In this document: positions 26,195 through 39,409 of the stretch, piece by piece
Layout: every line of letters begins with the position of its first letter
Position numbering within the stretch: the first letter of the stretch is position 1
Assembly: GCA_965287045.1 (NCBI GenBank)
Contig: OZ336874.1
Coordinates: forward strand, 62,992,001 to 63,056,000
DNA: 64,000 bases
Source: Carcharhinus amblyrhynchos
Lineage: Eukaryota
Direction of reading: 5' to 3'
The notes under the pieces: model-generated
What the model saw: the letters and a program-made list of their open reading frames with translations, nothing else
What the model was told of the DNA's origin: nothing
Databases searched by the model: none
Position numbers and translations under genes: made by a program

Positions 26195-28310
26195 GCCCAA
26201 AATTCACAATCCAGGCCCCCACCACTCTAAAAAACTTCCCCCACACATCTCTACTGAACCTTTCCCCCCCTTACCTTGAACTTGTGGCCCCTTGTAATTG
26301 TCATTTCTGTGCTGGGGAGAAAGCTTCCAACTGTTTAGCTATTTATGCCTCTCACAATTTTATAAATTTCTTCAGGTCATCCCTCAGCCTCCACCTTTCC
26401 AGGGAGAATAATCCCAGTTTATTCAATCCCTCTTCATAGCTAATACCCTCCATACCAGGCAACATCTTGGTAAACATTCTGTATTTTCGCCAAAGCCTCC
26501 ACGTCCTTCTGGTAGTGTGGTGACCAGAACTGGATACAGTGAGCCCAATTCTCCCATTGCAACCTGCAACTTTTCTGGCAGGTCCAGTCGGGAGAATCGT
26601 ATAGTTGGCCTTTTTCCCGGATTTGCGCTTGCATCGGGAACACATGCGCATTTCCCAGAACTCTGAACAGTCACAGTCCAGACCATGCCGGAAGCTGGCA
26701 CGGAGAGGCAAGTCATTTGAATCTTTTTTTAATATGGTTTAAAGATGTTTTGCATTTCATTATCTTGCCGGTCCTGATAGAATCTCCCATCCCGCTAGGA
26801 GTACTTTATTCCGGCAGGATTTAGAATAACTCCCCACATTCGGGGAACTAGCCAGAATGAAGGGGAGGCAATTGGGTCCCCCAGGGATTTGGGAGCCAAT
26901 GTTGGCGCCCCCAGCGGGCAGTGCCAAGGGAGCGGGGCCTATTATGGGCAGGACCTGGGGAGGGGGAAAAATCGGTGGGGGGGGTCCCGCTGCCACTCTC
27001 CATTGGGATCAGTCTGGGCTGGAGGGAGGACAGCGATTTGGGCAGGAGTCTGCCTCCTGAGGAGGGTCAGCAGAGCTGGGGGTGTCTGCTGAGGTGAGGG
27101 GGATTGCCACTGCTGGGGAAATGGGTTGGACATTGGGGCGCTCTGGGGGTTGGTCGGAGGTGGTCAGGGCTAGCCCAGGAAGGGTTGTGGAGGTCATGAT
27201 TGGGCTGTGGGGGGCAACACTGCAGGGGTCCCGGGCTGGCCAATCAAGTTGGCCAGCAAACGGGGAGTCTGACAGATTGGGACCACTGCAAATGCCCAGA
27301 GTTCCAGAATTGTGAAACTCCAGTGCAAATAGGCTCCACCTTCCCCTGGATTTTTCATGAGATTCCTAATTGTGATCTCTGCAGAGTGGGGAGATTTGAT
27401 TGTGAAGCTGCATTGGAAAAACAGTTGTGATCTAGAACAGTTTTCCCACCTGTATTCTAAATGTGGCCTAATCAAAGTTCTATATAACTGAAACATAATT
27501 TGCCAACTTTTATACTTGATAGCCTGACCAATGAAGGCATGCATGCCATATGCTTTCTTAACCAACCTGTGCTGCCACCTTTAAGGATCTATGGGCCTGT
27601 ACTTCTAGATCCCTGTATGTCTATGTTCCAGATGGTTCTGCCATTTACTTTATAGCTCCCACCTGAATTGGATCTACCAAAATGCACCACCTTGCCATTT
27701 CTTCGCTCAATTTTCCAGCCTATCTATATCCTGCTGTATTCTCTGACAATCTTCATCACTATCTGCAAGTCCAGCAATCTCATATCATTTACAAACTTAC
27801 AAAATCAGACCAGCTGTGTTTTCTTCCAAGTCATTTATATATATATATTGCAAACAGAGGTCCTAGACTGATCCCTGCGGAACACCCTCATTCCAGACTT
27901 CCATTCAAAAAAATACTCTTCCGCCACTATCCTCTGTCTTCCATGGCCAAGCCAGTACTGAATCTGTCTAGCTAGTTCACTCTTGATCTCGTGTGGCTTA
28001 ATTTTTGCATCAGCCTGCCATGACGGATCTTGTCAAATGCTTTACTAAAGTCCATGTTGACAACATCCATGGATCTTGCCAATCATTTTTGTCATCTCCA
28101 TAAAAAGTGAGACATGACCTCCCTCGTACAAAATCATGCTGTCTGTCACTAATAAGACCATTCAGTTCCAAATGTGTATAGATCCTATCCCTAAGGATCT
28201 TCTCCAACAATATCACTATCACTGACATCAAGCACTGTAAATACCTGGGTTATCCTTGCTGCCCTTCTTAAATAATGGGACAACATTGGCGATCGTCCAG
28301 TCCTCTAGGA
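26195..28310 (-). mobile_element. CR1 LINE ORF2 remnant split by an insertion
   Basis: Minus-strand fragments LLEKILRDRIYTHLELNGLISDRQHDFVRGRSCLT, VKKAYGMHAFIG...LIRPHLEY, CIQFWSPHYQKDVEAL, LGLFSLERWRLRDDL. Confidence 0.9.
26546..27450. mobile_element. GC-rich non-autonomous DNA element inserted into the CR1
   Basis: CR1 peptide resumes across it (PHLEY / CIQFWSP); starts GAGCCCAATTCTCCC; carries the GGGCAGTGCCAAG motif. Confidence 0.75.
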
Positions 28311-28419
28311 CTGACAATTCTCCAGAGTCAATTCTGTTGTTCACTGCCATTAAAACAGTTACATCCAATTAAACAAAGTTCAGTAACTTTAAACAGCAGC
28401 AATTAAACAACAACACTAC

Positions 28420-29060
28420 ATCTAGGAATAGGAATTGGCCATTCAGTTCCTTCAGCCTGTTCCATCATTCAATGAGCTGTATGGCTGATGTGCAATGTAA
28501 CTCCAGACTTGCCTTTGTCCATATTCCTTCAAAGCTTTCAACAAAAAATTAACTGGTTTTAAAATTAATAATTCTGCAAACAATAATTGATGCTAGATTT
28601 AAAAAAAGTGTTCCAAACTTCTGCCACCCTTTATGTTAATTTCACTCCTGATAGGCCTGTTTCCAATTTTAAACCGTGGCCCCATCCTAGACTTCCAGCT
28701 ACAGGAAATAGTTCCATCCAATCTGATCTGTTTCTCTTAATATCTTAAATCTTTGATCAAATCACTTCTAAATTTCAGAAAATATAATCCTAGTTTATTT
28801 AATCTTGGCCAATAGCTTAAACTTTATAGGAATACAGGGATAAATCTCCATAAAGTAATGCTGTATTCCTTCCAAGGTCAGTATATCCTTCCTCAGATGA
28901 GGTACCCAAAACAACTCAGTACTCCAGGTGTGGCCACTTCAATGTTTTAGGACTTTTATCACCAGCATTCCATTGATCACTTTAATTATTTTCACCAACG
29001 GTTTGTAAAATATGAAGCTGAACTCCACCCAGAGTCTCTTTGGACTCTGACTGTCCAGTT
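28420..29060 (-). mobile_element. old CR1 3' fragment
   Basis: TAGGAATAGGAATTGGCCATTCAG is the reverse complement of the CR1 tail; CAGTACTCCAGGTGTGG reads PHLEY on the minus strand. Confidence 0.7.
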
Positions 29061-29076
29061 TTGCATTAATTTGCAA

Positions 29077-29247
29077 GAAGTCTCAACACCAGGTTGAAGT
29101 CCAACAAGTTTATTTGGAATCTTGAACTTCACCTGATGAAGGAGCAGCACTCTGTAAGCTTGTGATTCCAAATAAACTTGTTGGACTAACCTGGTGTTGT
29201 GAGACTTCTTACTGGGCCCACCCCAGTCCACACTGACATTTCCACAT
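29077..29247. mobile_element. Penelope-like hairpin insert with a 13-bp flanking direct repeat
   Basis: Inverted arms 29075-29121 and 29164-29210; CATTAATTTGCAA at 29064-29076 and 29248-29260; CTGATGA core in the loop. Confidence 0.75.
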
Positions 29248-30082
29248 CATTAATTTGCAAATACACTCACTCGATCTGTCACACCATCTGAAGTGTTTGT
29301 GAAGATTCAAATTGTCTGCCCTAAGGAGCTGGCAATTACTTGTGACAGGCCAAGATTAAACACAAGGGCAAGTGCCAACATACTACCTTCACAGATTCCA
29401 AAATATTTGTAGTCCATGGAGAACCCTCATATTGTGCAACTTTCATCCAACAATTCACTAATTTCATGTGTGGGATCCACAGTCCTGGAGTTCAAGTTCA
29501 ATTAATACTTCTGGGTATCACAGATGGTCTACATCATGAAGACAAAATGCCCATGATTGTAGGGCTATGGGAACATGTGCCCTCACACTAGTGATAATCT
29601 ATGGAATGAGTCAGACCTCAAATATCAGAGTAACTTCAGAAAATAGTCCGATTGCCTCAGTTCATTAAACATTACAATCTCAGGACAAAGTTGCAGTTTC
29701 AAGGGAACTGCAACCTTACAGTTGTAGGCGAATGCAAATCCATTAATTGATATGGCGTGTTTTGCACAACAAATATCAGCAGCTACAAGAATCAATGAAA
29801 AATTCTCCACTACAGAAACTGAAAAACCGAAGAATGGCCTGATTCAACTCAGCATGCTCATGAACACTTGAGACAATTTGATTATACCAGGAAAAACTGG
29901 GCTTCTCCTGGGAAATCATTTTTAAAGACAGGTCACCATATCAGGATCTTGGAACATGATACTCTCCAATATTCACACATGGGAAGAGATTGGATGTGAA
30001 GACTCTCAAGAGAGACAGTCTTTGGTCAGGTATGAATAGTAACATCATAATCATTATCAAGAGGCTTGAGACATACTGGTCA

Positions 30083-30425
30083 CATGGTGGTACAGTGGCT
30101 AGCACTGCTGCCTCACAATACCTGGGTTTGATTCCCAGCTTGGGTCACTGTCTGTGTGGAGTTTGCACATTCTGACTGTGTGGGTTTCCTCTGGGTGCTC
30201 TGGTTTCCTCCCACAGTCCAAAGATATGCAGGTTAGGTGACAGAGAGAGAGAGAGAGAGACAGAGTGAGAGGGAGAGACAGAGTGAGAGGGAGACCATTT
30301 AAATTCTCCCATTTAAATTCTCCCTCAGAGTACCCGAACAGGTGCTGGAGTGTGGCAAGTAGGAGATTTTCACAGTAACTTTATTACTATCTGAATGTAA
30401 GCCCATTTGGCTAATAAATAAACTT
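30083..30425 (+). mobile_element. HE1-like SINE (alternative tail) interrupted by a GA-rich microsatellite
   Basis: SINE head, core and tail; (GA)n-like tract at 30242-30294. Confidence 0.9.
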
Positions 30426-30949
30426 TAACATGTCAAGAGCGTATGCCAAGGCAGTGTAAAAATAAATCAGTGATTCCACCTAAGTTCCTACTTATCCTTG
30501 GTCCGGAATTGCATCAGACTGACTTCATCATCGATGATTTTACCAAGTACCCCTATTATTCAACAATTGTATAATATGTTAAGCACAATCTAAGCTGTAT
30601 TCAGTTTATTTGATATGCTTGGAGAGAGCAATGTGGTAACAGTCCACAAATTATTGGTGAGCTATTTCAGGTACAAGAAGTGAGAAGTGGGATATCAATC
30701 ACACTACGTATTCTCATTACCCTAGATCGAATAGCCAAACTGAAGCAATGATTTGCAGTGTGAAATCCCTTGCTCTTAAATGTAGATAGACCAAACAAGA
30801 TCTACACCCTGCAATGTTACATCTGAGAGCCACACCTTTAAGTGCAGCTATTTTATTACTGGCTGACTGCAGGTTTGATGGGTCAGGGCATACCAATTTA
30901 ACTACTTGTACCCATTCTACTCACAAACTGGAGCCCACCACCTTGTGAA

Positions 30950-31830
30950 GCTGGTTGACGTGACTCATTTTCATCAGACTTATTCTCAGATTCCTCAGCA
31001 AAGGATGGGGCTCACTCCATTAGATCTTCCTCTGCCAGGGCTTCCCTTGCTGGAGCACCAGGTTGTGCAGGTATAGTGTTACCATGGCCAGAAGTGAGAA
31101 TTGAGCAGGAATCCAAATATCAATATCTTATTTTGATGGTCTGCTCGATAGTGACCCTGGTAGCTCCCCTTGTACCTCTCCGGCTCAGACCACTGATTTT
31201 GGACTGGGGTCATTATCCACCTCTTCAGAGGGTAGCTTTTTACAATCCAGAAGCTAGCCACCCGAGGGATCCAGTCCATAGCACATCCCTGATACATGGT
31301 GGTGTCTAAATAGGTAGGCATCATGACTGCGATCAGGAAAGCATGCGCACACATGTGTTATCCTATGCCTACGGTCACATACAAGCTGCACATTGGAAAG
31401 GTAATCTTTTCTATTGACAAATATCCCTGGCTGTCTCAAAGCTGCTTTAATTGCCACATGTGTATTCTATTATCTCCTGCATTGTTGGAAATACTGCAAT
31501 TTTAGCAAAACCTCTGACTTTGTCCATTTGAATGGTGTTACCATCACTAACTGAAATGAACTCATGGGATTGCCCGAGCACAGCATCTGTACAAACCTTT
31601 ATGCTGTGATGAGCCATTGCCTGCAATATCTCATAAAGGTCTCCAGATGATGCCTGGAAGGAGCTTGAAGTAAAAAGAAAATTCAGGACAGCAGGTGAGC
31701 ATCAACACAATTTGATGCAATCTCCCCAGCCTACATGTCACGCAGTGATGTGAGATAATCTCTCAGGCACTGGCACTCTGACATTTGGAGGTATGGCATG
31801 CTTTGCCGGTATAACCTGTGGGCAGGATAA
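30950..31830 (-). pseudogene. Harbinger/PIF transposase relic 2
   Basis: HRLYRQSMPYLQMSE, VLNFLFTSSSFQASSGDL, AIKAALRQPGIFVNRKDYLSNVQLVCD...FPDRSHDAYL, YPLKRWIMTPV. Confidence 0.9.
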
Positions 31831-33944
31831 TTTCTTTGCAAGCTTGTGATCAACAAAGCTGTAGTATCACCTGCCCACTTGTATATATCAGGGGCATAGA
31901 GAAATATAGCAGATACCTTAAGTCCCTAAAGAAATATCACCAGAAAAGTAATGCCTCTGCAAAATGCTGCAAATCTAATGGTAGAACAGGTGGCCCAATA
32001 TCAATGTCCTGTGTCAGGCTAACATTTCTAATAGAGGATTGGTTATGACTAATTAGATTTAGGCCACATCACATGCATGTCTGACAAGACTAACAAAATA
32101 AGCACTCTACTCTAACCTCAGCCATGGCAAGTTGTTACCAGGAGGGCAGAGGGAACATTCCAATGATGTCCTCAGAGACCCACTGAAAAATGCAACATTC
32201 TCACTGATATGTGGGAACCTCTTGCTCAAGACCTCCCAAACTGGAGAAGTAGTATTAGTGATGGTGTCAACCATTTTGAATGACTCTGGCAGGTCCAGAT
32301 GGAGGCCAAACACAAAGTGTAAAGACAGTACCAAAATCAAAGCATTCTAGCCATCCGCCTCATCAGATACTGCCTGTTCAATCGGTAGCAGAGTGCATCG
32401 ATCCAGCATTGGACTTTATGAAGCACAACTAATCTGCAACACTAGCAAACTCTTCCACCTTTCTTGGCCAACTCTTCTGTGAAAGTCAGCCATAATCCCA
32501 CTTGCAGCCTTTACCTACCTGTACGACAGCTCCTCATATCTGGTGTGACTCCCGCCAAACAGTATCATATTCACCCAATGTGGGCAGTGTTAAATGCCAG
32601 TCTATGGGCCTGTGCACAAGCTTAATTTCCCTTTAATTACTTTTCTTTTCAAATGGCAGGCTGGTTGCTGATTTGGCTCCTGCCCTTAAATTTCCATATT
32701 ATCACAGATTGGTGCGATGATGTCAGGTGAACAAGCTAGTGTCACCATGCTGGAACTTATGCAGGCACAGAGTGGCAGTGGTTCTGATTTCTCACTATAA
32801 AACTCACCCTCCTCCCCACACCCCACCTCCCCAACCATCTCTGAAACACGTCCTACAGCCCCAGGGCAGAATTTCTCTCCTAATTTTAATATCTTTCTGC
32901 TGGAGCTTGCAACCTGGCTGAAATGTGCAGTGCTATTCCCAATAGTCGGGCTGCCTTTCCTGTGTCTGTGCCTCTTCTCTTAAGTGGCTGACTGCAGTGG
33001 TCCCTGCTGACTTCCCGTGAACTGGATTGTCATAACAGCAGTGAGTTAGTGTGAATAGTTGGTGGAGTGACAAATCATCTTTCTTTGTCCCTGCGACTTC
33101 CAATTTCAGCTGTTCCATTCTGAAAACTAACACACACCCAGCAACTCTGCTGTCCAGCAAGTTTAACACCTTTAAAAGAATACTTCAATTCAAAACTCAT
33201 TTTAAAGTAATTCACATTAATCTTGCGTGCAAGGAAGTGACCTGAAACATGACACATTTTATCTGTCACTTTGAATACAGCATTGTGCTCATTTTTTGTC
33301 ACCAAAATTTCATTAAGACCTTAGAGAGAGGGTACAGAATAGATTTACTAGAATGGTACCTGGGATGGGCCTTCAGTTAGGTGGAGTGACTGGGGTTGTA
33401 CTACACAGATCACAGAAAGTTAAAAGGAGATTTGATTGGAGTGTTCAAAATAATGGGTGATTTAATAGAGTAAATATGAAAATGATTCTGTTCAACAAAT
33501 GATAAGGTTCATGAATTGAAAGTAACTAGCCCTGAAGGGACCGCTAGCCCAAATGTTAATCTTGTAAATTGAAAGGAAACCTAAGCCAATACAAAGTAAA
33601 ATAGAGCAGACTGGTATTTCATCCCATACTAAATTTCCCAATTTAATTCCACCTTGACAACTTTGAAACTACACACCTAATTACTCTCTCAAATCTTGTG
33701 CCATACAGTTTTTAAAAGGATCCATTTACTTAGAATTTTATCGTTTACCATGTATACCTTAAAATCTAAACAGATTTTATACAAACAATTAAAATGTATT
33801 AAATAATTCTATATATATATAAAAAAAGTAAAACAATAGAAAGGCACATGCATATTACTGCTTTAGCACACTTGAACTCGTTTTGGCACCAGGTCATCTG
33901 AATGCTCAGAAGTGCTAAAATGAAGCGCATTTTAAATTAAATAT

Positions 33945-34280
33945 GGCATTACCACAACAGCTCAGTGACTATCACTGCTAGCTGTGCAGATACATAGATT
34001 TGGGTCAGTGTCTGTGGGAGTTTGCGCATTCTCCCGGTAGTTGCGTGGGTTTCCTCTGGGTGCTGCGGTTTCTTCCCACACCCCAAAGATGTGCTCTTAG
34101 GCTGACTGGTGTAACAAATTGTCCCTAAATTATTCTCCCCTGAATCTGGTTTCCAATGGGGGTACCATACACATACACACAGGTCAAGGTAGGTGTAGGA
34201 AAATGCTTTGTTAAGATGGTGATGTGGGCTCGTTGGGCCGAAGGGCCTGTTTCCCGTGCTGTGTTGTTCTTTGTTCTTTA
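33945..34280 (+). mobile_element. V-SINE/HE1-like SINE
   Basis: Core GTCTGTGGGAGTTTGCGCATTCTCC; tail GGGCCGAAGGGCCTGTTTCCCGTGCTG. Confidence 0.8.
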
Positions 34281-34367
34281 TATGCAGAAACCATTTCTAG
34301 TGATAGAAGGGTTAATTTATTGTATGTGTATGGCAAGTGAAACATTACAGTCTGATGTCAGCAGGGT

Positions 34368-34627
34368 GATTAGCACTTGTCTCACAGTCAGGGACCCAGG
34401 CTCAATTCCTGCATCGGGTGACTGTGTGCAGTTAGCACGTTCCTCCCATACCTGTGTGGGTTTTCTCTGGGTGCTCTGGTTTCCTCCCACAGGCCAAAGA
34501 TGTGTAAGCCAGGTGAATTAGCCATGGTAAATGCATGGTGTTCTGGGAAAGGGCATGGGGAGAGGATCTGAGTAAGATCTCTGTCTGAGAGCTGGTGTAG
34601 GCTCAATGGGCACTGTAGGGATTCTGT
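34368..34627 (+). mobile_element. HE1-like SINE, CR1-type tail
   Basis: SINE core ending CACTGTAGGGATTCTGT. Confidence 0.85.
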
Positions 34628-35159
34628 GGGCCATTTTTACCAATGTGTCACATCTGAAAGTTGGTAAAGTTGGGTTTGAGGCCATTATTGTAATGCGCAT
34701 TCACACAGATTGCCACTTTACTGAAACCCGGGAATGGCGGTGATTCGATTCACGCCCAAAAATGGGCACAATGGTGATTTAAATGCATTTGCATGCATTT
34801 AAACTAAATTAATGAATTGCCCACCCAACTTCATCAGCATTTCCCCCTTTTACCACCGCGTTTGCCAATCCGGAACTGTGCCGTAATGGACCTGCTCCCG
34901 TTTTTCAATCCTAGGCCAATTTCTCCACTTTCTGCGGTCTGGAAGCGATCTGACACGGGCATGCTTTTTCAATTTTTTTTCCAACTGCACATGCACAGTT
35001 CAGAGCCCTGATCATTTTGGCCACACTAAGCCTCACCCACAGCGCGAATGTGTTGGAGAAGGCTGAGTGCGTATGGGGGCGCTTGAAAGCAGATTTCTAA
35101 GTTGGATCTGCCTTACACCCAGATTCAGCACTTAGAATGAAAATGGTAAAATCAGGCCC
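34628..35159. mobile_element. non-autonomous Harbinger-type element (about 530 bp)
   Basis: TIRs GGGCCATTTTTACCA / TGGTAAAATCAGGCCC; 3-bp flanks TGT/TAT. Confidence 0.75.
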
Positions 35160-35299
35160 TATGTTCCTATATCAAAATCACAATCCATTCAATGGCTGCG
35201 GCTAACTGGGTGTGAATGATTGTGTTATCACCAAGAATGGATCTTTCAGGGTAGAAGTTCAGCATACGGGCCAAACTATTTTGGCATCAGTGGCCAAAG

Positions 35300-35585
35300 G
35301 ATATGGATTTAATTGATTTGATTTGCAGAAGAACCAAAGGTGTCATGAGGGAATTTTTTTATTGCTTACCACAGCAAGTTGCTGTGATCTAAATTGCACT
35401 ACCTGATTTATGGCGGAAACAGATTCATCATTTTAAAAAAAGCATTAGATAAATACTTAAAATAAATCGAGAGCTAAGGGGTGAAAAGACAAGGGCATGT
35501 GAATCTTTGGGTAACACTAGCAAAAAGTTGGTGCATGTATAATGGACTGAATGGCCTCCTTTTGCGTTATACCATTCTATCATCA
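35300..35585 (+). mobile_element. CR1 3' fragment
   Basis: AATGGACTGAATGGCCTCCTTT...ACCATTCTATCA tail. Confidence 0.65.
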
Positions 35586-38371
35586 TATGAATCACAAGTT
35601 CATTCCTCTGCTCCAAAAAGAATCAGTCTTACAGCAATTCAGTTTCCTGTGGTTACAATGACAACAGATCATGCTTTAAAGGATCATGGAATCAGTGAAA
35701 GAAACTGCTTGCAGTTCATGCATTCACACACCCATGCAGACCTGAACATTTCTAGGCGATCACAAACAAGCTGCCACTATTATGCAAAGGAATAGTTTGG
35801 ATATCTTTATTCTGAATTAGATTGATTAGCTACAAAAACATAAAAGGTGAAAAATGAGATGCAAAAGAAAAACGAATGTAGTGCAGTCCTTGAATTTGCT
35901 TTCCCTTCAAGCCACACTGTTACACCCATCCCCCTTTTCTTTTTTATTCCTTTTAGAAGGGTGATGATATTTTACAGAATAACGGCCATTTCATACCTAG
36001 TTACTTAAATTGTATAAACGTGACTTCACTCCTGTATAGATAGACCATTCACAAGAGCAGAATACTCTCTTGTTCAAGTTTTTACATATTTGAAAGATAG
36101 GATTGAAAAAAGGGGTGGTTTTATTTTCGTGCAATGCTTTGTGAAAATGGACTTACTGCTGCTGCTCACGGTGTCACTCTAGATACTGATAATTGTAATG
36201 AAGAAAAGAAGATTAGTGATGAGTTAGTCCTGTGCATAATCTTGTACTGCCGGACCAGATTTGTCCAGTAGGGAATAGGATCTCATTTTAGTTTTCATTT
36301 TCAACAAGTTGAGGTGCCAAGAGCAGGTGAGATAATTGTTAGGTTCTGTTTCAAAGAGAGAAAATGAATGAACAAGCCCGAGAGACAAAGGAATGCAGCC
36401 AAGTAGGAAAGGATTGTGAGTAGGCACGATAAATAAAAACAGTGGATTGAAGACAACTACAGTGAGTAGAACCAGAACTGAATGCATCAGATAGAAAGGA
36501 ACTCACAAACGAGTCAGGTAACCATGAATTGTAAGCCTTAGGAAGTGCAGTTGGATCGTATTTGGGGTTAAATAGGAATTGTTGAATTATTCTGGATAGA
36601 AGTACCAGCTTGCGCACAATTCAAGAATTTTCTTTTATTCCTGGTCCCCTCCTGTGTAGTGACCCATCTGAGGGACTCTGCATACACTCAACTGGAATTT
36701 TAAAACAATGCTGTAACTATTTACAAGACTAACATCCATTTAAAGGTCATAGAGATAAAATGTACAGAATGGAAGGGGTTTTCTGCAAGGGAGACCTCCG
36801 CACAACCTTCAGCACAGCAGAAGTCAAAGTCCTCACAAACCTCATTTATAATACCTCTGCCTGCCTTTCAGGCCAACACATGCAACATCTCCAATTCAAT
36901 GCTGTTCACATGTATTTAAATTGTGAATTTCTGGCTTTCTAGCCACAAGCATGTGCATCAGCTGAAATTTCTACCCTCAAGTAATTTAACAATTTATATT
37001 CAACCCTGAACAACATTCCAACTGTACTTCCTAAGACCACTGCCAAAATCTTGCTGTCACTTATGCTGGTGAGACCATAAGATCCTACTGCCAGCGGGCA
37101 GCATGTCGCCTCCCGCTGCTGCAAAACACGCTGCAGAAGGAGAGGAAAATCCCGTTCTGCATTTCATTGTTACCTGACCTTGTTTTATTCAATGTATTGA
37201 ATAAAACATATTGATCTTCAATATATTGTCCATTACCATTGTCCTGTGAAGGATACCAAACATCACTCCACCACCATATTTATGGATCATGCCTTTACAG
37301 TTGCTGATACATGTTGTTTGGTAAAAGAACATCAGCCTAGTAGTATCCTTCTCAGACAAAAAGAATTTTCATTTGTACAACATCTTTGAAATGCACCAAT
37401 GCTTTAGAAATGCCATTTTGTCCAGTAGACAAATATGGGAGCTAATTTTCACACAGCAAGTTTCCACAAAAAGTGATGAGATAAATGATCACTTAATCCA
37501 TTTTGATGGGTACGATGGAGGAATAAATGAAATCAAGCACCCAGTTTTTATTTTGGCAAGTATCTGTTTTACTTATAGACGGTTCAAAATAAGTCTTCAG
37601 TACTTGTTATGCTTTCAATACTTTCATGCAATCTTGCAGTCCTTTGAATGCTTAGCTTACCTGTCCTACAACAAGGCACACATACAGGATGCAACTCACC
37701 CATGAAATGATTATCATTATTGTATCATTCCGCCAATGCCATATCTTGTCCCCTTACTCAATTACTCATGTATAGGCCTAGAAGTAACCAAAAAAATTAG
37801 ACTCAGTTTATTGCATTGCTGTTCTGGTTAAAGGTGCTTCTTGAAGCCACATTTTTAACCTGCTCTTCCTTCATATGGTTTTGCAAGAGGATTTTACCTG
37901 CAATGCCCTGTGCAAGCTAGCATTTCTCAATAACCCCAGTAAGCCTTAATGTTTGCAATCAGTGTCACAGCTATGCATTCTAAGGAAGATACAGTTAGTG
38001 AGTTTGAGGGAATAGCATCAATTGAAGAGGAGAAATAGTGATACCAGAAAAATATTAGGAGCCTGCTGTCTATATAGCACAGGGGTGCCAACATGTACAT
38101 CTGCAAATGAGTAATCTGTCATGCTGCTGTTGCTATGCAGTGGGAAAGGAAAACAAAGTGCTGGCCCTGCTGCATCAGGCATTGATATTCTGTCAGTTAC
38201 ATTGTGAACAGCAAATTAGCTTGTATTGGAAAAGTTGCATGTATTAGCCTGGATAGAGGCAGGAATATTTTGACTAAGGTTTGAAGAGACCTTGACTTCT
38301 GCTGTGGTGGAGGTTGCATGCAGGTCTCCTTGCAGAAGATCACAACTTGAATTTGCAGAGACATATCTCCA

Positions 38372-39376
38372 CTGTAGTGCCAGACCCCTATATAGTAGAT
38401 GGAGTAATGGATCTGTTGCTATCTGGCTACCACACTGTTAAGGTCCAGATTAGAAACGCTAAGGTATACAATAAAATTAGCCTAGACCCCAGCTACTACT
38501 TTTGGCATTAGGGATTTTGCTCCAGCGATGATTCAGCTGGCCCACTAGGAAGCTTTTATCAAACTTTAAGAACAGTTAGAATTAAAAAAAGAATCAGTCT
38601 AACTTTTACCAAGTACTTAAAAACATGACAAAGTATAATTCTTAATAGCTATCAATCTCTATTGTTCCAATTTAGTGGTATCCCTGTAGACATAAACCCC
38701 TTCTTCAGAACAAGTTAACACCAAGAGTAGATATGCTTACATGGATGCTAGATTTCCAGCCTTATAACACCTCTGGACTGGGATCCAGACAGACGTCTGT
38801 CTTCTGACTCTCATACAGCAGACATCCTCAAGAAGCAGAACTTCAGAGAATTAAACCTAGTCTCTGGTAAATCCCAGTCTCCAGACTTCACTGACGCAGA
38901 ACTATTTCTTTCCACAGCTCCCAAAAAGCAACTGAGTTTATTTCTGTGTTAGTATAGCTCCATTCAATTGCATGATTTGTTCTCTGTCAATCATCTTAAT
39001 CAAGCCCTACTCTACAAACTCCCAGGGAGCACTAAGAACAACAGAACAGCATTAGTCTGCTGCTGCTATAACAATTCAGGGCTGCTCCCGATATAAACCC
39101 AGTAGCACAGATAAAATCGAAGGGATTGCTTAAAACATCCTGCACAGAAACTTGACAAATATTTTTCTTAAAGACACAGTATCAATACTTTGTTCATTTT
39201 CTTCTTGGTGTGAAATCCTGGCATTAGAAACAATCCCTTGTAATGTACACACCTTTCAGGGAAAACTTTGCAACAAGTGAGAACCTTGCTGGGCATTATG
39301 GCCATTTTATATAGATGAACAAAGGTGACAATGGTTTGGAAGCCAAGAACAATTGGCATTAAGTTAGGGAACATGA
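38372..39376 (-). mobile_element. possible solo LTR
   Basis: Ends CATGACA (TGTCATG on the minus strand); left boundary uncertain. Confidence 0.35.
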
Positions 39377-39409
39377 CACCAATGGTTATTATTTAGCAAA
39401 CTCAAGGTG

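Noticed and set aside
29075-29210. miRNA precursor
   Set aside because: Large loop, flanking direct repeat and Penelope-like features explain the hairpin better
32933-33119. Minus-strand exon candidate (TTTTCAG/AATGGAA...) with a short ORF
   Set aside because: No recognisable peptide and only a weak donor
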